Shown here piece after piece: positions 17,584-27,565 of a stretch of DNA of 64,000 nt. The notes below the pieces were generated by a model that saw nothing but the letters and a program-made list of their open reading frames with translations, was not told the origin of the DNA and ran no database searches. Location: the NCBI GenBank assembly GCA_903845125.1, contig CAIMWS010000526.1, positions 429 to 64,428 on the forward strand, given 5' to 3'. The stretch's first letter is position 1. Every line of letters begins with the position of its first letter. A program made the translations under genes and the position numbers. This stretch comes from an uncultured Verrucomicrobiota bacterium. GTDB lineage: Bacteria; Verrucomicrobiota; Verrucomicrobiia; Limisphaerales; UBA1319.

Positions 17584-19560
17584 TCACGGGGTGGCCACCC
17601 GGAAAAAACGCCGGGGCAAAGCCCGCGGATTTTCCTCAATCCAACTGGCGGTTTCGTTGGTAACCGTCAGATCAGCCACCTTGGTCCATTGGAGCAGGTT
17701 GGTGGAAGCTTCCAGCTGCCAGGCGCCGCTGGCGGCCTGGGTGACCACAATTTCGAGGCGGCCCCCGGCCAGGCGGTTGGGAGTGGCGAGCCTCGGTGGG
17801 GCTGGTGGGGCATCGGGCATTTGCGAGGCCGTATGGCGCAGATCGCGCCGGTGCATGGGCCAGTTGCCGGAGGCCAGCGTGCCGCTGGCTTGCAGGGCAT
17901 GCAGCTTGCCGGTGGTGGTGGCAAAATAAATTACGCCATTGGTGGCCAGGGCGGGCGAGGAGACGATGATGTTGGCCGCGTCGTATTCCCAGCGCGAGGT
18001 GCCATCCGCCCGCAAGGCGTAAAATTTGGCATCGTGAGCGCCGAAATAGACCGTCCCATCGCTGCCGATCGCCGCGGAGGACTGGATGGGCTGGCCGACC
18101 AGGAAATCCCATTTCGGGGTGCCACCCGGATTCAACGCATAAAAGTGGCCGTCATTCGAGCCAAAATAAATGACACCGTCCGGCCCGATCACCGGGGAGG
18201 CGTAGATTTCACCCCCAGTGGCGAAAGACCAAAGCGTATCCCCGGCGCTGCTCAGGGCGTAGAGGTTCCGGTCATTGGCGCCGAAGTAAATATTGCCATT
18301 GGTGCCAATGGCCGGGCTGGAAAAAATGGAAGCCTGGGCGGAAAAGATCCAGGATTTTTCCCCCTTGGGCGTGAAGGTGTAAAACCGCTTGTCGGTCGCC
18401 CCGCAGTATATCGTCCCATCCGGGCCAACCGAGGGGGAGGACTGGAGCAGCCCGGTGGTGCGGGTGGACCAGGTGTTGGCGCCGAGGGAGTCGAAGGCAA
18501 ACAGGTAGCCGCTGTCCGAGCCGATGTAGATCGCGCCCGACCGGGTGACCGCGGGCGACACCTCAATGGCGCCGGTGGTGGCGGCCACCCATTTTTCAGA
18601 GCCGTCCGGGTTCACGGCATAGAGCATCTGATCGAACGCCCCGAAATAAATCGTGCCATCCGGACCGATGGCCGGGTCGCCAATGATCCGGTCCCCGGCG
18701 GCATACTCCCATTTTTTGGATCCATCGGGCCGCAAGGCGTATAAATGGTTATTCCCGGCCCCGATATAAATGGTGCCATCCGGGCCGATGGCAGGGCTGC
18801 CGGTGACCTCCGCCCCGGTATCGAAACTCCATAAAAACTCGCCGGGGGCCGGGGGGGTGACCACTTTCAGGGTCGCATCCTGGGAGATGGTGGAACCCGC
18901 CAGGTTGGTGACCACGAGGCGGTAAACGCCAGCCTGGTTGGGGGTGACGGCACTCAAAGTCAGCGTGGTGTTGGTCGCACCAGCCAAATCTGCCTGGTTG
19001 AACTGCCATTGCATAAACAACGGCTGCATCCCGCCAACCGTGGCCGAGAAAGTCACGGACTGGCCGTTGGAAACGGACTGGCTGGCGGGTTGGTTGATGA
19101 TGAAGGGCGCATCCGCCAGCCGGAGGGCATCGACGATGAGATTCTGGAACTGCTCCGCGGTGCCCGCACCCGACCGGAGGACCAGCGGCAGGCCGGTGGG
19201 GGTGGTGATCACCACGATCGGGTAGGAAAGCACAGCCGGGTTGAAAGTGGTCAAAAAGAGCGGCCCATTCACGGGATCATCGGCACTGATTTTCCCGATC
19301 ACGAACCGCTCAGCCGGCAGGGTGAGCAGGCCGTTGGTGATGTAGCTGTTTAGATCCTGGCAGTGGGAACAGGAATCCAGCCCATATTCCAGGAAGGCGA
19401 ACTTGTTCTGGCTGCGGGCCATGTTCAAAGCGTTCGTCAAAACGGTGATCGGCTTGGCAGTTTGCGCCAGGCCGGAAACCAGGCTGGCGGGGAACAGCAA
19501 AAACGAGAGCAGCCAAACCTGCCGGCTAACCATGAACCTTCTGGCGGACGAATATTTCAT
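17584..19560 (-). CDS. secreted thioredoxin-like + Ig-like + PQQ/BamB-like beta-propeller repeat protein
   Basis: Signal peptide. CSHC (CxxC) in a Trx-like N-terminal domain. I-set-like Ig domain (QSVSNGQSVTFSATV..AGVYRLVVTNLAGS). Repeated motifs: GSPAIGPDGTIYIGA, LYAL..DGS.KWE. C-terminal tail with an FFRV motif. Confidence 0.8.
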   Translation of the reverse strand: MKYSSARRFMVSRQVWLLSFLLFPASLVSGLAQTAKPITVLTNALNMARSQNKFAFLEYGLDSCSHCQDLNSYITNGLLTLPAERFVIGKISADDPVNGPLFLTTFNPAVLSYPIVVITTPTGLPLVLRSGAGTAEQFQNLIVDALRLADAPFIINQPASQSVSNGQSVTFSATVGGMQPLFMQWQFNQADLAGATNTTLTLSAVTPNQAGVYRLVVTNLAGSTISQDATLKVVTPPAPGEFLWSFDTGAEVTGSPAIGPDGTIYIGAGNNHLYALRPDGSKKWEYAAGDRIIGDPAIGPDGTIYFGAFDQMLYAVNPDGSEKWVAATTGAIEVSPAVTRSGAIYIGSDSGYLFAFDSLGANTWSTRTTGLLQSSPSVGPDGTIYCGATDKRFYTFTPKGEKSWIFSAQASIFSSPAIGTNGNIYFGANDRNLYALSSAGDTLWSFATGGEIYASPVIGPDGVIYFGSNDGHFYALNPGGTPKWDFLVGQPIQSSAAIGSDGTVYFGAHDAKFYALRADGTSRWEYDAANIIVSSPALATNGVIYFATTTGKLHALQASGTLASGNWPMHRRDLRHTASQMPDAPPAPPRLATPNRLAGGRLEIVVTQAASGAWQLEASTNLLQWTKVADLTVTNETASWIEENPRALPRRFFRVATP

Positions 19561-19785
19561 ATTGCGTGGCTTTCATAACATTCCCCGGAAGAGGGTGCAA
19601 CCAGTTAATCCCGTTGGTTACCTCCAGGGATCCAAGCCGGGGGCGAGGTGCTGGCAACGGCGGCCGGGGCCGGCGTGGAGGAGGGCCTGGTCAAATAGGC
19701 GCTTGTCTCAAGCCAGACGCTTTGGATAATTGGCAGGCTGGCCCAGGTGCAGGAAACAGGTTGGGTGGCTACTATTACAAAAAGA

Positions 19786-22179
19786 ATGAACCATAACTCA
19801 GGCAGCGTTCAAGCGACGGGCTTTTGCCGGGGGGCAACGCGGGGATTCCACTGCCCCGCCGGCGGGTTCGGCGGCAGGCAACCACTGGCTCAATGCTGCT
19901 GGGCTTGGTGGTTCCTTTGGGTTGGGTTAAGCCTGGGCTGGCAGGCGCAAGGCCAGGTGGGGGTGAAAAGCGCGATCCGCTATGACCCCACGGCGGGCAC
20001 CAACCCCGTCGTGCTCAGCTGGCCCGCCAACCCGGGCCGCGCCTACCAGGTGAAAGCCGCGCCCCGAGTGGATGCCGCCTGGGAAATCGTGACGCCGGCG
20101 CCTTTGCTGGCCACCTCCAACCTCTGGTCCTGGCGGGACGCCGCGGGCCAGGGCGCGCGGTTTTACCAGGTGGTGATGCTGGCGGGTGGCGCGGAATTAA
20201 ACGGCCAGATCACCGACGCCGTCAGCGGCCAGCCCGTGGCCGGAGTGACGGTGGCGGCCGGGGGGCTCAGCACCACCACGGACAACGCCGGTTTTTACGC
20301 GCTGAGGGGCTTGGTGGCGGGTGCGGTGGTGGCCGATTTCAAAGCGGATGCCGCGGCGGGCCAACCGCCCCTGACGGTCCATTTCCAAAACCTCACCCGA
20401 ATGAATCCGCAGCCGGTCCTGGTGCGGGGTGCCCGGCCGGGTTACCAAGCCTACACCAATAGCCAGGTGCAGCTGGTGGGAAACGTGCCGACGCGGCTCG
20501 ATTTTTCGCTGTCCCCCACCAACGTGGCCGGGCTGCGGCTGGTGCTCAACTGGGATGCCATGCCCAAGGATTTGGACGCGCACCTGGTGACGCCCGCCAT
20601 TGACGGGACCGTGTATGAGGTCTCCTATCTAACCAGCCAGAAGGGCCGCACGAATGCGCCGCCCTATGCCCTGTTCGATGTGGACCGCAAGGATGGGTTT
20701 GGCCCCGAAACGATCACGATTGCCCGGCTCTTCCCCGGCACCTACCGGTATTATGCCCACAATTTCATGGACGAACAGGGGGACACCGGACCATTGCGCA
20801 GTTCCAAGGCGGTGGTGCAGATCTACGGGGACCAGGGCTTGCTGCAGACGCTCCGGGTGCCCACCACGGGGGAAGGCGAGTATTGGGATGTGTGCACCAT
20901 TGATGGCGCAACCGGCAAAATCACGGCCAACGACCGGATCGTGGGGGTCCGGCCCAGCTCGGTGGGCAGACCGGCGGGAGGGACTAATGGCACGGGTGGG
21001 ATAACGCGCACCATCCGGGCCTCCTCCAGCCCGCCGGCGGTGGACTATTGGTGGGACTTTGGGGACGGAACGATCAGCCGGGAGGAGCATCCGGTAAAGA
21101 TATACTCCCAACCGGGAGTTTATTCGGTGCAATTGACCGCCAGCGTTCCCGGGTATCAAAGCGGTGCAGAATACAAGACGAATTACATCCAAGTGGCGGA
21201 AAAGCTGGCGATCACCGCCCAGCCGCAGAGTGTCACGGCCACCAACGGGGCCACGGTGACCTTGCAGGTGGCGGCGGTGGGCTCCGCCGGGCTGCGCTAC
21301 CAATGGCGGAAGGACGGGGTGGATATGGCCGGGCAGACCAACGCCGTGTTTACCATCCAGGAGGCGAAAACCTCCGACTCCGGCAATTACGTGGTGGTGG
21401 TGAGTGGAGCGAATGGCTCGGTGACCAGCCAGGCGGCGGTGGTGGCGGTCTTTATGCTGGTGCCCTTGACGGGGATGGTGGGGATTCCGCCCGGCACCTT
21501 TGTGCTGGGCAGCCCCGTCACCGAGAAAGACCGATCGATCTGGGAAGGGCCGCAGGTGACGGTCACTTTGACGCGGGCCTTCTGGATGGGGAAATGCGAA
21601 GTGACGCAAGGGGAATACCAGGCGGTGATGGGCAACAATCCCAGTTTCTTCAAAGGGGATACGAATCTGCCCGTCGAATCGGTCAGCTGGCGTGATGCCA
21701 CCAACTATTGCGGCAAACTGACCCAGCAGGAGCGCCAGGCAGGGCGTTTGCCACCCGGCTTTGTTTACCGGCTGCCCACGGAAGCGGAGTGGGAGTATGC
21801 CTGCCGGGCGGGAACGACGACACGGTTCAGCTATGGGGATGACCTCAATTACACCAACCTGGGCCAGTATGCCTGGTATGGCGCCAATAGCGGGAACACC
21901 ACCCACCCGGTGGGGCAGAAAAAGCCAAATCCCTGGGGATTAAATGACCTGCATGGGAATGTCTGGGAATGGTGCCTGGATTGGTGGAAGGATAGTTTGC
22001 CGGAAGGACCCGTGACCGATCCCAAAGGGCCATCCACCGGCTCCTCCCGGGTGGATCGCGGAGGCGGCTTCGCCGATTTGGGCGGGATTTGCCGATCGGC
22101 CAGCCGCGATAGCTGCGCGCCGCAGAACTTCGTTTATAAATTCCTGGGCTTCCGGGTTGTTTTGGCTCCCAGCCCGTGA
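19786..22179 (+). CDS. secreted carboxypeptidase-regulatory-like + PKD + Ig + formylglycine-generating-enzyme (SUMF1/FGE-sulfatase) domain protein
   Basis: FGE domain: FWMGKCEVTQGEYQAVMGNNPS..VESVSWRDATNYC..RLPTEAEWEYACRAG..HPVGQKKPNPWGLNDLHGNVWEW. PKD-like WWDFGDGT. Ig domain GATVTLQVAAVG..SGNYVVVVSG. ATG at 19786 is preferred over GTG at 19747. Confidence 0.8.
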   Translation: MNHNSGSVQATGFCRGATRGFHCPAGGFGGRQPLAQCCWAWWFLWVGLSLGWQAQGQVGVKSAIRYDPTAGTNPVVLSWPANPGRAYQVKAAPRVDAAWEIVTPAPLLATSNLWSWRDAAGQGARFYQVVMLAGGAELNGQITDAVSGQPVAGVTVAAGGLSTTTDNAGFYALRGLVAGAVVADFKADAAAGQPPLTVHFQNLTRMNPQPVLVRGARPGYQAYTNSQVQLVGNVPTRLDFSLSPTNVAGLRLVLNWDAMPKDLDAHLVTPAIDGTVYEVSYLTSQKGRTNAPPYALFDVDRKDGFGPETITIARLFPGTYRYYAHNFMDEQGDTGPLRSSKAVVQIYGDQGLLQTLRVPTTGEGEYWDVCTIDGATGKITANDRIVGVRPSSVGRPAGGTNGTGGITRTIRASSSPPAVDYWWDFGDGTISREEHPVKIYSQPGVYSVQLTASVPGYQSGAEYKTNYIQVAEKLAITAQPQSVTATNGATVTLQVAAVGSAGLRYQWRKDGVDMAGQTNAVFTIQEAKTSDSGNYVVVVSGANGSVTSQAAVVAVFMLVPLTGMVGIPPGTFVLGSPVTEKDRSIWEGPQVTVTLTRAFWMGKCEVTQGEYQAVMGNNPSFFKGDTNLPVESVSWRDATNYCGKLTQQERQAGRLPPGFVYRLPTEAEWEYACRAGTTTRFSYGDDLNYTNLGQYAWYGANSGNTTHPVGQKKPNPWGLNDLHGNVWEWCLDWWKDSLPEGPVTDPKGPSTGSSRVDRGGGFADLGGICRSASRDSCAPQNFVYKFLGFRVVLAPSP

Positions 22180-22323
22180 GCCGGGCCATCGATCGCGCCA
22201 GGCGCTCAAGCCCTTGAACCAGATGGCCGCCCATAATATCTGCCGGGAGGTGGATGGGGGCGCGCCCGACAATGCTTGCATATGCGAAAGGGATTGTGTA
22301 AAGAATAGGGAGGAATATTACGT

Positions 22324-23529
22324 ATGCCCTCCTATACATATACAGCAAGAGAAGCCGGCAGTGGACGGGAGCAGCAAGGCTCAATCGATGCCAACAGCGA
22401 AGAAGCCGCCATCGCCAAACTCTTGAGCAGCAATTACTTGGTGATCAGCATCAAGGAAAAGACCGTCAAGGGAGGAAAGTCCGCCGGCGGCAAAGTCACC
22501 CTCCAGGACCTGGTGGTTTTCACCCGCCAGCTGGCGACCATGATCGACGCCGGTCTGGCCATTGTCCAATCCTTGCAAGCCTTGGCGGATCAGACCTCCA
22601 GCAAGGTCATGAAGGATGTCATCCGCGATGTCTGCAGCCGGGTGGAAGGGGGGGAGAATTTTTCCGCCGCCCTGCACCGGCACCCCAAGGCCTTTTCCAA
22701 GCTTTATGTCCGCATGGTGGATGCCGGCGAAAAAGGCGGTTTGCTGGCGGAAATCCTGGCCCGGCTGGCGACCTTCATGGAAAACATGGCGCGGCTGCGC
22801 AAAAAGGTGAAATCGGCCGTGATGTATCCCACCGCCGTCACCATCGTGGCGATCGGCATCACCGTCTTCCTTCTGACCTATGTGGTGCCCGTTTTCAAGG
22901 AGATCTTCGCCGGGTTCAAAGTCGACCTGCCCGGCCCCACCTTGTTCCTGCTGAGCTTGAGCGAACTGGTTAAAAAGTATTTCTTCGTGGGCCTGGGAGT
23001 GGCCGCGGGCGCGGGGTATGGGTGGTGGTTCTTAATCAATAAAACCAAGGGGGGCCGGGAATTCTGGGATGCCACCCTGGTCAAGCTGCCCATCGTGGGC
23101 CCCATCGCGCATAAGATCTGCCTGGCGCGGTTCACGCGCACTTTCGCCTCCCTGGTCCGCTCTGGCGTGCCGATCCTGGAGGTGCTGAACATCGTGGCGG
23201 GCACTTGCGGGAATGTGATCATGGAAAAAGCCATCCGTTCCGCCTGCCAGGATATTGAAAAGGGCGATGGCATTTCCGTCTCCCTCGGCAAGCACCCCAT
23301 CTTTCCGGTGATGATCATCCGGATGCTGACCGCCGGCGAGCAGACCGGCAAAATGGACTCCATGCTGGAGCGCGTGGCGGATTTTTTGGATGAGGAAGTG
23401 GAAACCACCTTGTCGGGTTTGACCTCCTTGATCGAGCCGCTGTTGATCGTGTTCCTGGGCGTGGTGGTGGGCGGCATGGTGGTGGCCATGTTCATGCCCA
23501 TGTTCAAGCTCATCCAGGCGGTCATGTAG
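22324..23529 (+). CDS. type II secretion system F family / type IV pilus PilC-like platform protein
   Basis: 401 aa, with the duplicated T2SS-F domain architecture, three TM segments, and typical motifs FTRQLATMIDAGLAIVQSL and FTRTFASLVRSGVPILEVL. GGAGG lies upstream of the ATG. Confidence 0.9.
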   Translation: MPSYTYTAREAGSGREQQGSIDANSEEAAIAKLLSSNYLVISIKEKTVKGGKSAGGKVTLQDLVVFTRQLATMIDAGLAIVQSLQALADQTSSKVMKDVIRDVCSRVEGGENFSAALHRHPKAFSKLYVRMVDAGEKGGLLAEILARLATFMENMARLRKKVKSAVMYPTAVTIVAIGITVFLLTYVVPVFKEIFAGFKVDLPGPTLFLLSLSELVKKYFFVGLGVAAGAGYGWWFLINKTKGGREFWDATLVKLPIVGPIAHKICLARFTRTFASLVRSGVPILEVLNIVAGTCGNVIMEKAIRSACQDIEKGDGISVSLGKHPIFPVMIIRMLTAGEQTGKMDSMLERVADFLDEEVETTLSGLTSLIEPLLIVFLGVVVGGMVVAMFMPMFKLIQAVM

Positions 23530-23585
23530 AAAAAACCGGCCGGCCGGATTCCCGGCCAGGTCCCATTTAAAATGATAAGGGTGTA

Positions 23586-25052
23586 ATGGCCAAAGTACTC
23601 GTCGTGGATGACGAAGCGACCATGGTGCAAATGGTCACCGAGATGATGCGTGCCCAGAAGCACGAGGTGCATCCTTTCACCCATGGCCAGACCGCCCTCG
23701 ACGCCCTGGAGTCCATCGCTCCGGAACTGGTGATCACCGACCTCTACCTGGAAAAATCCCGGGCCTTGGGCCTGGAGATCCTGCAGAAAGCGCGGGCCAT
23801 GAATCCCCCGCCCCTGGTGATCATGATCACCGCCTTTGGCTCGATCGAAACCGCGGTCGAAGCCATGAAAAAGGGGGCTTACGATTACCTGGAAAAGCCC
23901 TTCAAGCTGGACAACCTGCAGTTGTGCGTGCAGCGGGCCTTATCGTATAACAACGCCATCACGGAGAATCTCTACCTCCGCAAGCAGCTCAAAACGAAAT
24001 ACCAAATCAGCCAGATCATCGGGAATTCGCTCCGGATGCAGGAGGTGTTCAAGATGATCGAAAAAGTGGCGGATACGGATTCGACCATCCTGATCCTGGG
24101 GGAGAGCGGAACCGGCAAGGAACTGGCGGCGCGGGCGCTGCACTTCAACAGCCGGCGCCAGTTTGCCCCCTTCATCCCGGTCAATTGCTGCGCCTTGCCC
24201 GAGACCTTGCTGGAATCCGAATTGTTCGGCCACCGCAAAGGCTCGTTCACCGGGGCCGTGGCGGATAAAAACGGCTTGTTCCAGGAGGCCGATGGGGGGA
24301 CGATCTTCCTGGACGAGGTGGCCTCCATGTCCGCCATGCTGCAAAGCCGGCTGCTGCGGTTTTTGCAGGAGCGGGAGGTGCGCCGGGTGGGAGACAACGT
24401 GCCGCAGTATGTCAACGTGCGCGTATTGGCCGCCACCAACGAACCGCTCGAGGAAAAGATCAAGAAGGGAACCTTCCGCGAGGATCTGTATTACCGTTTG
24501 AACGTCATCTCGGTGGTGCTGCCGCCCCTGCGCGAGCGCCGGGACGATATTCCCCTGCTGGCGGCCCATTTCCTGAAGCACAAGCTCAGTGGGCGGACCG
24601 GCAAGCGCTGCCAGATCACCCGGCAGGCCATGGCGGCGATGGAGGCCCATGATTGGCCGGGCAATGTCCGCGAGCTGGAAAATGCGGTCGAACGGGCCTG
24701 CGCCCTGTGTGATGGCTGCGTGATCCAATTGACCGACCTGCCCCCGGTTTTGCATCACTACGCCGCCCAGGTAACCTCCAGCCTGGAACTGGATACCCGG
24801 ATCGGCGACTTGTCGACCGCACCCGCCACCGTGCCGGCGGCGGCCGCCACCGCGGCCGAAACCCATCCGCAGCGCCCCCCCGCAGCGGGTGCGGATTCCG
24901 TGAGTTCCCTCAAAACCTTCCTGCGCGACCAGGAGCTGAGCCATATCAACCGCGCCCTGGCCCTGGCCGGCGGGGACAAGGAAAAAGCGGCCGGATTGCT
25001 GGGCATCAGCCTGGCCACCCTGTACCGCAAGCTCGTGGAAAACGAGCAGTGA
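23586..25052 (+). CDS. sigma-54-dependent response regulator (NtrC/PilR type)
   Basis: REC (VLVVDDE..LVITDLYL). AAA+ sigma54-interaction domain (GESGTGKELAARALH, ESELFGHRKGSFTGA, GTIFLDEV). C-terminal Fis-type HTH (KEKAAGLLGISLATLYRKL). Confidence 0.92.
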   Translation: MAKVLVVDDEATMVQMVTEMMRAQKHEVHPFTHGQTALDALESIAPELVITDLYLEKSRALGLEILQKARAMNPPPLVIMITAFGSIETAVEAMKKGAYDYLEKPFKLDNLQLCVQRALSYNNAITENLYLRKQLKTKYQISQIIGNSLRMQEVFKMIEKVADTDSTILILGESGTGKELAARALHFNSRRQFAPFIPVNCCALPETLLESELFGHRKGSFTGAVADKNGLFQEADGGTIFLDEVASMSAMLQSRLLRFLQEREVRRVGDNVPQYVNVRVLAATNEPLEEKIKKGTFREDLYYRLNVISVVLPPLRERRDDIPLLAAHFLKHKLSGRTGKRCQITRQAMAAMEAHDWPGNVRELENAVERACALCDGCVIQLTDLPPVLHHYAAQVTSSLELDTRIGDLSTAPATVPAAAATAAETHPQRPPAAGADSVSSLKTFLRDQELSHINRALALAGGDKEKAAGLLGISLATLYRKLVENEQ

Positions 25053-25110
25053 CCACTGAACAGCCAGCCCCAGGCCCGCCCCGGTTTTGGGTGAATCCTC
25101 CCCTACCTGC

Positions 25111-25686
25111 ATGAATCAATTGGGTTTCTTAAAAAACTTCCTTTCCAACCCGCAAGCCACCGGGGCCATCGCGGCCAGCTCCCCGCACCTGGCGGAACTC
25201 ATCACCAGCCTGGCGGATTTGGCCTCCGCTTCGATGGTGGTCGAATTTGGCCCGGGGACCGGGGTGTTCACCGAATGCATCCTGCGCAAAGCCGCCCGCC
25301 GGACCCGGTTTTTTGCGATGGAGATCAATCCCGAATTCGTGCGGCAAACGCGGCAGCGCTGCCCGAGGGCGGTGGTCCACCACGATTCGGCAGTCAACAC
25401 CCTCAAATACCTCCAGGAGGTTGGGGAAACCCAGTGCGACCGCATCATCAGCGGCCTGCCTTGGGCGGGTTTTTCCGAGGCGCTGCAGAACGATCTGCTC
25501 GGCGCCATCGATACCGTGCTCAAACCGGGCGGCTTGTTCCTGACGTTTGCCTATGTGCATGGCACCTGTTTGCCGGCCGGATTGCGTTTCCGACGCAAGT
25601 TGCGGCAGCATTTCACCCGGGTGACACGCTCCCGCGTGGTATGGCGCAACCTGCCCCCCGCGTTCGTCTATCGGGCGGAAAAATAG
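25111..25686 (+). CDS. class I SAM-dependent methyltransferase (phospholipid N-methyltransferase-like, COG3963-type)
   Basis: FLKNFLSNPQATGAIAASSPHLAE plus the SAM motif VVEFGPGTGVFT. ATG at 25111 is preferred over TTG at 25087. Confidence 0.75.
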   Translation: MNQLGFLKNFLSNPQATGAIAASSPHLAELITSLADLASASMVVEFGPGTGVFTECILRKAARRTRFFAMEINPEFVRQTRQRCPRAVVHHDSAVNTLKYLQEVGETQCDRIISGLPWAGFSEALQNDLLGAIDTVLKPGGLFLTFAYVHGTCLPAGLRFRRKLRQHFTRVTRSRVVWRNLPPAFVYRAEK

Positions 25687-26015
25687 TTTCCGAAAGGCGC
25701 TCAAGTTTTCAGGCATCCGTCCGATGTTATGAGTGTAAGTCGGATGCTCTTTGAAACCCTGTTGGACTCGCGCCGCCGCTGCTGCCACGAACTCGAAATA
25801 ATCAAAAAAAAAGCCCCGATCCGAGGCCGCCATCAACCTGCCTTCAATGGACGTTGCCGGCTCTTCGCCGCGGCTATATTTAAAACCAGGTTCCGATGGA
25901 CAGACCGGCGCGAGTCCAGCAGGGTTTTATTTTTTCCGGAGGCCGCCCCCGCCCTTCACGTCCACCCCCATGTGCGGCGGGATGCTGTTGACCCTGCCCG
26001 GCGCCGGGTGTTAGG

Positions 26016-26453
26016 ATGTTCCCAATGAAAGCCCAAGTGAGTTTGATTATTCTCGGTTGTTTTGCCTGCTTGTGCTGGTCCGGCTGCGGTCCCAGCGCCC
26101 CGGGCATCCCGCTGCACCAAGCCGTGGAAAAAGGCGGCCTCAAGGAGGTGCAGCAGCACATTGCCGCTAAAACCGACTTGAACAAACCGGATCTCGCCGG
26201 CTGGACACCGCTGCACCTGGCCGCCATGAAAGGGAACCTGGAAATTGTCAAAGCGCTGGTCAAAGCCGGCGCCGACACCCAAAAACCAGGCAAGGAAGGC
26301 AAAACCCCTTTGGATGTGGCGCGCGATAAAGGCCACAAGGAGGTGGTCGAGTTCCTCTCCGGTGCCGGGGTGCCCGCGCCAAAGGGCAAATCCGGGGGCC
26401 GGCGCCTGATGGATGGCGGCTTGGGAGTGCAGGAAACCATGGATAACATGTGA
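26016..26453 (+). CDS. ankyrin-repeat lipoprotein
   Basis: Lipobox-like LCWSGC followed by ankyrin repeats (GWTPLHLAAMKGNLEIVKALVKAGAD, GKTPLDVARDKGHKEVVEFL). Confidence 0.85.
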   Translation: MFPMKAQVSLIILGCFACLCWSGCGPSAPGIPLHQAVEKGGLKEVQQHIAAKTDLNKPDLAGWTPLHLAAMKGNLEIVKALVKAGADTQKPGKEGKTPLDVARDKGHKEVVEFLSGAGVPAPKGKSGGRRLMDGGLGVQETMDNM

Positions 26454-26640
26454 TCCCGGCGGCGTTCCCGCCTGGGGGGCAGGGAACCAGCGTCCTGGTT
26501 GGTCATCCCCCATGATTTGGCGGCCGCTCTGGCGCACCGCCGGCAGGTGGCCGGGCGCGGCGGCGCGGACGGGAAGGAATTTGGCTGGCGCCGCGGATTG
26601 GCTTATGCGATGATGCCCACCCGTGCATAAACAGCGGGCC

Positions 26641-27528
26641 ATGTTCATGGAGGTAAAGACGGGCCGCATCCGGCCGATGCATCCTCGCGCCCTGCGGCAA
26701 TCCAGCGCCTCCAAGCCTTGGAGCGGTTATTTCATCGAAGAACATGCGCCCCTGGAAACCAGCCTGGCCAATATCCACCTGACGAACAGCGCTGTGCATC
26801 TGGTCCTGGACAGCCACACGGACATCGAATGGGCGAGCGGCGGCCATTCCGTCAGCCGGCGCCTGGCGCCAGGGCAGATCAGCATTCTGCCCGCCAACCA
26901 ACCTTATTCGGTCAAGCTGAGATCCTCCGGCGCGATCGTGATGGTATTCCTGGAGCAGAAACTGCTCTCCAGCGCCGCCGCTGAACAAGGGATATTCAAC
27001 CAGGTGGAACCGGTTTGGACCCATGGGGTGGAGGACCATCTCGTGCGCGAACTGGTGATGGGGCTGCGGGTGGAAATGCAGCGGCCGGACAGCACCCACC
27101 CCGGGTATTCCCGCTCGCTGGCGGCCACTTTGGCGGCCCGCCTGGTCCGGCACTATGCCACGGACCACCGCCAAACCGCGGAACAGCCGGGCGGCCTGGC
27201 GATACCCATCCTGCGCGCCACCATCCAATTCATCGAGGAACACCTGGCCGAGGACCTGCCGATCGAGCGCCTGGCCGCGCAGGCGCACTTGAGCCCGGCC
27301 CATTTCGCGCGCAGGTTCAAGCAAACCACTGGCCTGCCGCCTCATCAATACGTCCTGGACCACCGCCTGGCGCTCGCCCGGCTGCTGCTGGCGAAAAAAT
27401 CCGCTACCCTGGCCGAAGTGGCCGCGCAGGCCGGCTTTTGTGACCAGGGCCACCTGACCCGCTGCTTCCGCCAGTTCCTGGGCACCACCCCGGGCGCCTA
27501 TGCGAAAAACCTGGCCTCCCTTGGCTGA
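26641..27528 (+). CDS. AraC-family transcriptional regulator
   Basis: C-terminal AraC HTH: LAAQAHLSPAHFARRFKQTTGLPPHQYVLDHRLALARLLL...AGFCDQGHLTRCFRQFLGTTPGAY. Start could be ATG 26641 or GTG 26623. Confidence 0.85.
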   Translation: MFMEVKTGRIRPMHPRALRQSSASKPWSGYFIEEHAPLETSLANIHLTNSAVHLVLDSHTDIEWASGGHSVSRRLAPGQISILPANQPYSVKLRSSGAIVMVFLEQKLLSSAAAEQGIFNQVEPVWTHGVEDHLVRELVMGLRVEMQRPDSTHPGYSRSLAATLAARLVRHYATDHRQTAEQPGGLAIPILRATIQFIEEHLAEDLPIERLAAQAHLSPAHFARRFKQTTGLPPHQYVLDHRLALARLLLAKKSATLAEVAAQAGFCDQGHLTRCFRQFLGTTPGAYAKNLASLG

Positions 27529-27565
27529 ACCCAAGCAACCCGCCCGCGCCCCCGGGCAAGGCGGG

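Noticed and set aside
22180-22323. Searched for a sigma54 promoter (TGGCAC-N5-TTGCA) upstream of the PilC-like gene because a sigma54 activator follows it. A CTTGCATA element is present.
   Set aside because: No GG dinucleotide lies at the required spacing upstream of the TTGC. Similar near-misses at about 12290 and 34510 also fail the GG-N10-GC spacing.
25729-26028. 99-aa ORF in the methyltransferase-ankyrin intergenic region, and other 60-120-aa ORFs in gaps (12343..12585, 34437..34694, 36645..36911, 47245..47496).
   Set aside because: Their products are Arg/Pro-rich with no motifs, no SD and no paralogs. They are most likely non-coding spacers containing promoters.
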